Assembly: GCA_048941265.1 (NCBI GenBank)
Contig: JBHLNT010000130.1
Location: forward strand, 1 to 11,530
Length of the DNA stretch: 11,530 nt
Direction of reading: 5' to 3'
DNA from: Promethearchaeota archaeon
GTDB taxonomy: Archaea > Asgardarchaeota > Lokiarchaeia > Sigyniarchaeales > SOKP01
Of the stretch, positions 1 to 7,299 are shown one piece after another (position 1 is the stretch's first letter; every line of letters begins with the position of its first letter). Below the pieces are notes generated by a model, which did no database searches, was not told the DNA's origin, and saw only the letters and a list, made by a program, of their open reading frames with translations. Made by a program: the position numbers and the translations under genes.

Positions 1-1265
1 AGATCCAAAATTAAATCATCGGGATCTTCCAATCCTACTGAAAACCTAAAATGAGTTTTGGAAATGTTCATAGATCTACGTTCCCATCGCGCGAGATCAA
101 TACCCGTCATCAGCCCTGTAAATTCAATTAGCGAAGTAGTATCTCCAAGTGATACACCCACTTTAATGAGTTTGAGCAAGTTTATAAATTTATTACTCAT
201 TTCTTCCGTTTCCAATTCAAAATCAACCATCCCGCCGAATCTTTTCATTTGCCTCTTTGCAAGTTCATGTCCGGGGTGTCCTTCCAAACCTGGATAGATA
301 ACCTCTCTAACTTTAGGATGTTCATTTAGATATCTAGCAATTTTCATGGCGTTTGAGCAATGTCTTTCCATCCGCATATTTAAAGTTCTCATTCCTCTAA
401 GGATCAACCATGCATTAAAAGGACTCAACACAGGTCCATGAGTTTCCCCCCAGAAATAACGAATATTTCTTATATCATTTTCATTTCCGATAACTGCTCC
501 ACCGAGACAATCTCCATGTCCATTTATATATTTTGTTAAACTCTCAATTACTAAATCCGCTCCTAATTCTAAGGGTCTTTGAAGAGCAGGAGATGCCCAT
601 GTATTGTCAACAACGCATTTACCGCCTATTTCATGTATCAAATCCGCACAGGTTTCAATATCTATTACATCATTTGTAGGATTTGCTGGAGTTTCTACAT
701 AAATTAATCTAGTTTGCTCATCTATCGCACTTTTTACCTCTTCAATATTACGCATATCAATTCTTTTAAAGTCTATACCCATTTGAGGATAAATCTTGGT
801 AAAAAGCCGGTAAGATCCTGTATATAGATTTTTATGGATAATCATGTTAGGAATTGTTTCCGGATTATTTTGTGGGAGTAGTTCTTTAAGTTTTTCCGGT
901 TTAACTCTCTCTATACGCTTCTGAAGGACACACATGCAGGCAAGATGAACTGCAGCCATACCAGATGCCACTGAAATCGCTTTTTCTCCTCGATGGAGGG
1001 TTGCTAGTTTTTGATCTAAAGCAAATAAAGTAGGATTTTCTGTTCTGGAATAAAAATAACGATCTTTTAACATTTCATCAAAAGTTCTAAATGTATACGA
1101 TTTTGCTGCATAGATTGGGGGACGAATACTATGTGAAGTCTCAGGGTAAGGATCTTCTCCTGCCCTTAGTATCTGGGTATCAAAACTCATTTTGTCCCAT
1201 AGTTCTCGGTTAATTTTATCATCTTCTCGGGGGATTAATCTGATATCTCTTTCTTCCTCTCCCAT
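1..1265 (-). CDS. PLP-dependent Cys/Met metabolism (trans-sulfuration family) enzyme, methionine gamma-lyase / cystathionine gamma-lyase-like; 3' end truncated by the window edge
   Basis: Not in the ORF track; translated by hand from ATG at 1265, open for 421 codons to the edge (MGEEERDIRL...). Family motifs present: YSRTENPT, ASGMAA, ETPANP, VDNTWASP, PLP-lysine motif SLTKYINGHGD (Lys codon 531-533), LILRGMRTL, YPGL, FGGM, VSLG and RFSVGLEDPDDLILD. Only a few C-terminal residues should be missing. Confidence 0.93.
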   Translation of the reverse strand, partial: MGEEERDIRLIPREDDKINRELWDKMSFDTQILRAGEDPYPETSHSIRPPIYAAKSYTFRTFDEMLKDRYFYSRTENPTLFALDQKLATLHRGEKAISVASGMAAVHLACMCVLQKRIERVKPEKLKELLPQNNPETIPNMIIHKNLYTGSYRLFTKIYPQMGIDFKRIDMRNIEEVKSAIDEQTRLIYVETPANPTNDVIDIETCADLIHEIGGKCVVDNTWASPALQRPLELGADLVIESLTKYINGHGDCLGGAVIGNENDIRNIRYFWGETHGPVLSPFNAWLILRGMRTLNMRMERHCSNAMKIARYLNEHPKVREVIYPGLEGHPGHELAKRQMKRFGGMVDFELETEEMSNKFINLLKLIKVGVSLGDTTSLIEFTGLMTGIDLARWERRSMNISKTHFRFSVGLEDPDDLILD

Positions 1266-1361
1266 GATAATCGCTTTGCTGTAGTTTTTAAAGTTTTATT
1301 TTAAGTTTAATTAAATATAAGAATGAATAGAATTATAAATTCTTGAAGTTTTAAATTATCA

Positions 1362-2879
1362 TTAATCTAATTTTATTCCAGGTATAGAATCAGTTCCCGC
1401 GGTGTTTTCCATTCCTTCTGCTTTTTGATAGTCATCCATCGTTCGAGATGCGACTTTTTTCGTATATTCTGCTAGTTTCTTTTCCACACCTGGATCTAAA
1501 CCAGGACCTATTTGTTTTTGTAAAATTTCTTCTACTTTCGCATATGCATTTTGGATAATATCCTTTGCTCCCCTCTTTTTCCATGTTCCCCGTCTGTCTC
1601 TATCTGCTAATTTTGGGACGAATAGTTCTTTCCTTATGTTTTTTACAGAATGCTTTGTTCCTAAGAAATTTCTTGTTGTCGTAACAATTTTTTTTATCTC
1701 TTCCATAGCAATTGTATCTTCATCGATCCGAATACCTTCCATCCCTCTTTTAATTATATCAATTAATTCATCATCAATAACAAGTAATTCTAAAGCTTCG
1801 GATAAAGATGACTCATAGGTGCCCGCACAAGTAATATAATTTACACCAGAATTAGCCGCACACGATAAAGTCATAAATCGTTCGTACCCGTTTTGGATAT
1901 CAAACACTTTAGATTCAGTGACTGCTCCAGGTCCCCTTGAGGGGATATTATAATGACGTCCTAACTGTGCGAACGCTGAAGTAATTAATCCAGTTTCTAT
2001 AGCACCCCATGCTACATTACCAGTTTGAGGATCCATTGGTGCTGACATCGTTGAATAAAAAATGGGAGCACCTCTATTTATTAATTGAGTTAATGTGATA
2101 GATGATAATATTTCCATATTAGTTTGGGTTATTAAGCCTGCTAATGTAACAGGTGCAGTTGAACCAGCACTAGCAGCAGGGGCAATGATGGTAGGCTGTT
2201 TATATTTAGCCCAAACAAAGAGACCATTCAACATAATTCTAGTTAACATTAGTGGACTAGTAGGATTAAAGAATCCTACCAATCTAGGGGATTTTATTAG
2301 TTCATCATTCCCTCCTACGATAATGGATGTTAAATTCATCATGTCCCGGGATGCCAGACCTCCATAACATCCTAAACCATATGGTTTGCGACTATGTTCT
2401 GCCCAAGCCCTTATTGCATGGCAATGTAATTCCAAAAAAGGAACATCATTGGGCCATACATCCACATGAGAACACATGATATTTTTTAGACTATCGACAA
2501 TTCTAATTTGTTTAACCGTATCTTCCATGATTGTTTTTCGTATACCTCGTTTACTTCTGGGGTCATAGATTTTTACTGGAGTTCCAACTGTAGCAAATTG
2601 GCTTGATTTTGTATCTACAGAGAAGGAAAATGACCCATCTGGCCCCCATAAAGTGAATTTATCGGGAACGTGTTTTAACTGCTCCTTAACGAGCTCTTCT
2701 GGAAATTTGACCCACATATTTTTACTATTATTATCCACTATTGCTCCACTCTCTTTTAATAAAGTTCTTGCCTCTGGAGAATCAACTATTATACCCGTAG
2801 TTTCTAATAGTTCTAGAGTTGAGCTGTGAATTAGTTCGAGCTCATCTTTCGTTAATACTTCCATTCTTGTCATTTTCAT
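1362..2879 (-). CDS. mttB: Trimethylamine methyltransferase (MttB) superfamily corrinoid methyltransferase, non-pyrrolysine, paralog 1
   Basis: 505 aa. Motifs: EVLTKDELELIHSSTLELLETTGI, NPTSPL, AGSTAPVTLAGLITQTNME, GAP, MDPQTG, E-x-G, QLGRHYNIPSRG, TESKVFDIQNGYE, LVIDDE. No in-frame TAG. SD-like AAAGGAG upstream (reverse complement of about 2890-2896). Confidence 0.93.
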   Translation of the reverse strand: MKMTRMEVLTKDELELIHSSTLELLETTGIIVDSPEARTLLKESGAIVDNNSKNMWVKFPEELVKEQLKHVPDKFTLWGPDGSFSFSVDTKSSQFATVGTPVKIYDPRSKRGIRKTIMEDTVKQIRIVDSLKNIMCSHVDVWPNDVPFLELHCHAIRAWAEHSRKPYGLGCYGGLASRDMMNLTSIIVGGNDELIKSPRLVGFFNPTSPLMLTRIMLNGLFVWAKYKQPTIIAPAASAGSTAPVTLAGLITQTNMEILSSITLTQLINRGAPIFYSTMSAPMDPQTGNVAWGAIETGLITSAFAQLGRHYNIPSRGPGAVTESKVFDIQNGYERFMTLSCAANSGVNYITCAGTYESSLSEALELLVIDDELIDIIKRGMEGIRIDEDTIAMEEIKKIVTTTRNFLGTKHSVKNIRKELFVPKLADRDRRGTWKKRGAKDIIQNAYAKVEEILQKQIGPGLDPGVEKKLAEYTKKVASRTMDDYQKAEGMENTAGTDSIPGIKLD

Positions 2880-2925
2880 GATAGATTAACTCCTTTTATC
2901 GCTATTTTTTCTGATTTTTATTGAT

Positions 2926-2960
2926 TAATTTTTTTAAAAATAATAATTTTTTTAAAATTA
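2926..2960. promoter_or_regulatory. Divergent promoter region with two tandem near-palindromes (TAATTTTTTTAAAA repeated with 18-bp period)
   Basis: TAATTTTTTTAAAA occurs at 2926-2939 and 2944-2957. 2944-2960 is a perfect 7-3-7 inverted repeat. It lies near the centre of the 136-bp gap between divergent mttB1 and the corrinoid gene, and TTTAAAA TATA-like words read on both strands. Confidence 0.45.
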
Positions 2961-3015
2961 TACGATAAGAATAATAAATATAGGATAATAAGAAAAATAG
3001 AAAGAGGATGTTAAG

Positions 3016-3663
3016 TTGTCTTTAAAAGAAAAAATGAAAGAAACGATTATAGAATGGAACGAAGATGGATTAAGAGAGATATGTAGATCTGCTATTGAAA
3101 GTAAAGAAGCATCGGCAGCTGAACTCTTAAGTATCATAGGAGATGTCATGAGATTTATTGGGAATCAATTTGAAAATGAAGAAATTTTTCTACCGGATTT
3201 AATTGGCTCTGCTGATACCGTTAAGACTATCATAGATGAAATTTTAGATCCTGCAATTAGAGCTTTAGGAGAGGAAAAGCAAACAAAAGGAAAAGTTGTT
3301 TTGGGGACTGTAGAAAGCGATGTTCACTCTATTGGAAAAGATCTTGTCGGTTCATTTCTCTTTTCCAATGGATTTGAAGTGTATAATTTAGGAGTTGATG
3401 TATCTGCTTCGGCATTTATTGAGAAAGCGGAAGAAGTGGGAGCTCAGATAATTGCGATGTCATCACTTTTGACAATGTCAATGGATTTTCAAAGGAAACT
3501 TATAAAAGAATTGGAAGATAGAGGCATCCGTAATAAATATAAAGTAATAGTCGGTGGAAGTCCGACCTCAGACGAATGGGCAGATGAAATTGGAGCTGAT
3601 GGTTGGGCTGATGATGCTATAGAAGCTGTATCTCTTGTGAATAAGATCCTAAATATTAAATAA
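3016..3663 (+). CDS. Methyltransferase-cognate corrinoid (B12-binding) protein, MttC/MtbC/MtaC-like
   Basis: 215 aa. N-terminal cap domain (IGNQFENEEIFLPDL) plus B12-binding domain with DxHxxG (SDVHSIGK), NLGVDV, SSLLT, VIVGGSP and IGADGWADDA. TTG start with SD-like AGAGGA at 3003-3008; alternative ATG at 3034. Confidence 0.95.
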   Translation: MSLKEKMKETIIEWNEDGLREICRSAIESKEASAAELLSIIGDVMRFIGNQFENEEIFLPDLIGSADTVKTIIDEILDPAIRALGEEKQTKGKVVLGTVESDVHSIGKDLVGSFLFSNGFEVYNLGVDVSASAFIEKAEEVGAQIIAMSSLLTMSMDFQRKLIKELEDRGIRNKYKVIVGGSPTSDEWADEIGADGWADDAIEAVSLVNKILNIK

Positions 3664-3696
3664 AATTACCTTGATTTTAGAGAGTTAGATCAAAAA

Positions 3697-5223
3697 ATGA
3701 AAATAAATAAATTAGAAGTTCTTTCCAAGGATGAAATAGAAACCATTCATTCTGCTTCTATTAAATTATTGGAAAATGTCGGTATTAAAATAGATGCTGA
3801 CGATTGCCGAAAACTACTCCAAGAAAACGGTGCTGAAGTAGATAAAAATTCAAATTTCGTTAAACTTCCTGAACTTTTAATAAAGGAACAATTAAAGCAT
3901 GTACCAGATTCTTTTAGATTGTACGGAAGGGACGGTTCCTTTAATTTTGAAATTAATACTCATAGTACCCAATTTGGGACTATTGGTACTCCAGTTCGTA
4001 TTTATGATGCAATGAAAAAAAAAGGCTATCGAAAAGTTGTTTTAGATGATAATATAAACCAAATACGTATTGTAGATCGTACAGATCATATCATGGCATC
4101 ACATATAGATGTATGGCCTAGCGATGTGAACTTTCTTACTGTGCATACTGAATGTATATATGTTTGGGCAAAAAATACTCGAAAACCTTACGGTTCTGGA
4201 TGTTATGGAAGAGTCGCAAGCAAAGATATGATTGATATGATGTCTATTATTGTAGGTGGAGAAAAAGAATTAATGAACAGACCAAGAATGATTGGTTTTA
4301 TGAATCCAACAAGTCCACTACATTTACCCACCCTAATGACAAATGGTCTTGAAATTTTTGCTAAATTTAAGCAGCCAACAATCGTTGCTCCTGAAGCCTT
4401 AGCTGGTACGTCAGCTCCTGTTACAATGGCGGGTTTATTAACCCAAACCAATGCGGAAATACTGGCAGGAATAGTTGTGGCTCAATTATATAATCCAGGT
4501 GCCCCTGTATTCTTCGGAACGGTATCACATATAACTGACATGAGATCTGGAAATTCCGCAATAGGATCTGTAGAGACAGGTCTAATGACTGCTGGAATAG
4601 CTCAGTTAGCAAGATATTATAATATTCCTAGTAGAGGTTTAGGTGCGGTGACTGATTCCAAATGTTTTGATATTCAAAATGGCTTAGAACGATATCAAAC
4701 TTTAATGTTTGCGGCTCAGGCAGGTATTAATTACATTACATGTGCTGGGACATACGAAGCTACACTCGCGGAAGCATTAGAATTAATTCTAATTGATGAT
4801 GAAATTGCAGGTATGATTAAAAGAGCATTTAATGGTATTGAGGTAAATGAAGACACAATAGGTTTGGATGTAATAGAAAAAGTTGCCACTAAAACAAAAC
4901 CGGGTGCAACTTTTTTAAGTGAAAAACATACGAGAAAATATATGAAGAAAGAGTTGTATATACCAAAACTATTGAACAGAAATCGAAGAACCACATGGCG
5001 TAAAAAGGGGAAGAAGGACATAATTAGTAACGCAAGCGAGAAAGTTGAAAATATTCTAAAAGAATTCGTGGAGTTTGAAATTCCAACAGATATGGATAAG
5101 GAATTGAAATCCTTTATGAGAATGGCTGAAGAAAGAACTTATGATTATTTTAGAAAAGCTGAAGGGATAAGTGCTGATTCTGTAAGCTTACCTGATGGAA
5201 TCGAAATTCGTGAGAATAAATAA
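3697..5223 (+). CDS. mttB: MttB superfamily corrinoid methyltransferase, non-pyrrolysine, paralog 2
   Basis: 508 aa, 33 bp downstream of the corrinoid gene, so probably one operon. Motifs: NPTSPL, AGTSAPVTMAGLLTQTNAE, PGAP, DMRSG, QLARYYNIPSRG, TDSKCFDIQNGLE, LIDDE. No in-frame TAG. Confidence 0.93.
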   Translation: MKINKLEVLSKDEIETIHSASIKLLENVGIKIDADDCRKLLQENGAEVDKNSNFVKLPELLIKEQLKHVPDSFRLYGRDGSFNFEINTHSTQFGTIGTPVRIYDAMKKKGYRKVVLDDNINQIRIVDRTDHIMASHIDVWPSDVNFLTVHTECIYVWAKNTRKPYGSGCYGRVASKDMIDMMSIIVGGEKELMNRPRMIGFMNPTSPLHLPTLMTNGLEIFAKFKQPTIVAPEALAGTSAPVTMAGLLTQTNAEILAGIVVAQLYNPGAPVFFGTVSHITDMRSGNSAIGSVETGLMTAGIAQLARYYNIPSRGLGAVTDSKCFDIQNGLERYQTLMFAAQAGINYITCAGTYEATLAEALELILIDDEIAGMIKRAFNGIEVNEDTIGLDVIEKVATKTKPGATFLSEKHTRKYMKKELYIPKLLNRNRRTTWRKKGKKDIISNASEKVENILKEFVEFEIPTDMDKELKSFMRMAEERTYDYFRKAEGISADSVSLPDGIEIRENK

Positions 5224-5224
5224 A

Positions 5225-5269
5225 TTTTGCTTCTTTTTAATTAGTTCTATATATTTTGACTTTTATTTG
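5225..5269 (+). terminator. Putative oligo-T archaeal terminator after mttB2
   Basis: Several T tracts (TTTTG, CTTCTTTTT, TTTTG, CTTTTATTTG) in the 46-bp convergent gap. Confidence 0.35.
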
Positions 5270-6223
5270 TTACAAAAACAGAATGATATAATTTCCAATA
5301 ATTATCAAACTCACGGCAATTAGAAATCTTTTACGGAATTTTTCTTTTAAAATGAGAACAGAAAAGATCTGCTGAACCATAGGGGTATTAGCTGTTATTG
5401 TCGATGTTAGAATTAATCCATTAATCCTCGCAGCTTCATAAAACAATGAATCTGCCAAACCTAAAGATAACGAGCCAGCAATCCCAATATATCCATAATA
5501 TTTTAAATTATGTCTTTCCTCTTTTTTAAAACCACCATAAAATTCACGCTTAAAGAACCCTAAAATGGTTATGAAAACTGTAGCAAAAATGATTCGAAGA
5601 AAATTGGTAACATATACATCGTTACTAATGATTCTTGCTTGATGAAATGAGACGATGGCTATAGCCCATAAAAAAGCTGTTCCAATAGCGAAAACTACAC
5701 CAATAAATACCTCTTCAGAATTTTCTCTTTTTTTATTATTCTGGCCTCGTTTGTTCAGATCAATCTCTTGATCTTCATCCTTATCCTTTTTACTTAATAA
5801 TAACACACCAGAAAGAATTAATATACCACCAATTAAAATAGACCATGTTAATTCCTCACCAAATAGGAAGAAAGCGAAAGGATATACAAATATCAAGCTC
5901 AATTGCGTTAGGGGAAACGCTCGCGAAGCATCAATTTTTTTAAGCGATGTAAAATACATTAAATCCCCTACAGTAACACTTAAACCACAAATTAAGCATG
6001 AGATAAGATAAATTGCAAGTTCATATTTACTCAATCTTGATAAAAAGGTATAGCTTCCAATGATCAATGAAAGAAGAAATGTAAAAAGTGAAACACAACA
6101 TAATCTAAAAAGGATGGTTCCTTTTGTATTTGTTTTACCTAGACCAAATTTATAAACTAAGGACGCCAAACTCCAAGTAATTATTGCATCAATGGTTAAT
6201 AAATATCCTATTAATTCAGCCAT
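5270..6223 (-). CDS. EamA/DMT superfamily transporter
   Basis: 317 aa with about 10 hydrophobic helices in two repeats. DMT hallmarks: W-S-x(5)-K, LYF-like LMYFTSLKKIDASRAFP, FLFGEEL, FLWA, VLILKEK. Confidence 0.9.
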   Translation of the reverse strand: MAELIGYLLTIDAIITWSLASLVYKFGLGKTNTKGTILFRLCCVSLFTFLLSLIIGSYTFLSRLSKYELAIYLISCLICGLSVTVGDLMYFTSLKKIDASRAFPLTQLSLIFVYPFAFFLFGEELTWSILIGGILILSGVLLLSKKDKDEDQEIDLNKRGQNNKKRENSEEVFIGVVFAIGTAFLWAIAIVSFHQARIISNDVYVTNFLRIIFATVFITILGFFKREFYGGFKKEERHNLKYYGYIGIAGSLSLGLADSLFYEAARINGLILTSTITANTPMVQQIFSVLILKEKFRKRFLIAVSLIIIGNYIILFL

Positions 6224-6369
6224 TTTGTATTGAAGAAAAATCAGATTTGATTATATAGGTATTTAATTCATAATTAATTTATATTTCGAATCTCTCGTGT
6301 TTTTAATTTGATTTAAATTTATATTAAATTAGAAAAAAATTATTAAAGATTAAAGAATTTAATGAAATT

Positions 6370-7083
6370 ATGAGAAAAGAAGAATTTTTGAAATCTATTG
6401 ATTCTAAGATTTTAAAAGATTCTATTATGCAAGAAGTGTATTCTAAAGAGAATTTAAATAAAGAAATCATTAAGAATCACACTTTTAGTACGGGAACTAC
6501 TACAGTAGGCTTGATTTGTAAGGATGCTGTTATTTTAGGAACTGACAAACGAGCAACAATGGCTTATTTCATTGCAAGTAAAACTGCTGAAAAGTTGCAT
6601 AAAATCCAAGATCATCTCTGGATGACCATAGCAGGAAGCGTTGCTGACGCTCAATATCTCGTAGAAATATTAAGAGCAGAGACTTCTATTTATCAACTTG
6701 AAAAAGATAATAAGCCAATACCGGTAAAGGCTGCCGGAAGAATGTTATCAAACATCTTATATCGATATAAACTATTCCCTTTTGAAGTTGGGCTTATACT
6801 TGGAGGAGTGACTGAAAATGAAGGACCTATTCTATTAGATATTGGCGCTTATGGTTCAATCTTGCCAGAGAAATTTGTAGCGGTTGGGAGTGGCCAAAAT
6901 TTTTCATTTGGTGTACTCGAAGCTAAGTATAAAGATAATCTCACCCCAGAAGAGGGGAAAGAAATTGTTAAAAAAGCAGTCACCTCATCTATAATTCGAG
7001 ATATGGCTAGTGGAAATGGAATAGACATTGCCGTAATTAAAAAAGAGGGTCCTGCTGAAAGAGAATTTATTCCAATAAAATAA
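6370..7083 (+). CDS. psmB: 20S proteasome beta subunit (archaeal type, predicted active)
   Basis: G|TTTVG autocleavage site with Thr1 at 6496. Asp17 (TDKRAT) and Lys33 are at the correct spacing. AGSVAD, GSG and RDMASG motifs present. Confidence 0.96.
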   Translation: MRKEEFLKSIDSKILKDSIMQEVYSKENLNKEIIKNHTFSTGTTTVGLICKDAVILGTDKRATMAYFIASKTAEKLHKIQDHLWMTIAGSVADAQYLVEILRAETSIYQLEKDNKPIPVKAAGRMLSNILYRYKLFPFEVGLILGGVTENEGPILLDIGAYGSILPEKFVAVGSGQNFSFGVLEAKYKDNLTPEEGKEIVKKAVTSSIIRDMASGNGIDIAVIKKEGPAEREFIPIK

Positions 7084-7090
7084 TATCAAC

Positions 7091-7113
7091 TATTTTTTAT
7101 TCTCATTCTTTTA
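7091..7113 (+). terminator. Putative T-rich terminator after psmB
   Basis: TATTTTTTATTCTCATTCTTTT begins 8 bp after the stop codon. Confidence 0.35.
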
Positions 7114-7135
7114 TTAATAGGAACTCATCTTAAAT

Positions 7136-7150
7136 CGCAAACTTTATATT
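7136..7150 (+). promoter_or_regulatory. Candidate BRE/TATA promoter for the 7300 gene
   Basis: CGCAAAC followed by TTTATATT. A second candidate, TTTATAAA, lies at 7224-7231. The background is AT-rich, so this is uncertain. Confidence 0.3.
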
Positions 7151-7299
7151 TGAGAATAAAGTTTAAAAGTATTGATTTTACTAAATTAGTGATTTTAATA
7201 ACCTTTAATAATAATAACATATCTTTATAAAAATAAAATACAATAATTAAGTCAGTAGAAACAACACACAACAGAACATAAATTTAATGGAGCAAAAAA

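Noticed and set aside
58-297. 79-aa plus-strand ORF
   Set aside because: Antisense shadow of the lyase gene, with no recognisable motifs.
1636-2367. Plus-strand ORFs 1636-1818 and 2095-2367
   Set aside because: Antisense to mttB1. Their similarity to the shadows of mttB2 only reflects the paralogy.
2958-3149. 63-aa minus-strand ORF
   Set aside because: Overlaps the corrinoid gene antisense and the promoter region; low complexity.
4203-5021. Minus-strand ORFs 4203-4451, 4421-4612 and 4731-5021
   Set aside because: Antisense shadows of mttB2.
1362-5223. Pyrrolysine (amber) recoding in the mttB genes
   Set aside because: Both frames are open, have Val at the Pyl-equivalent site and end in TAA.
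7259-7279. AC-rich run (AAACAACACACAACAGAACA) in the leader of the 7300 gene
   Set aside because: Short and imperfect, with no supportable function.
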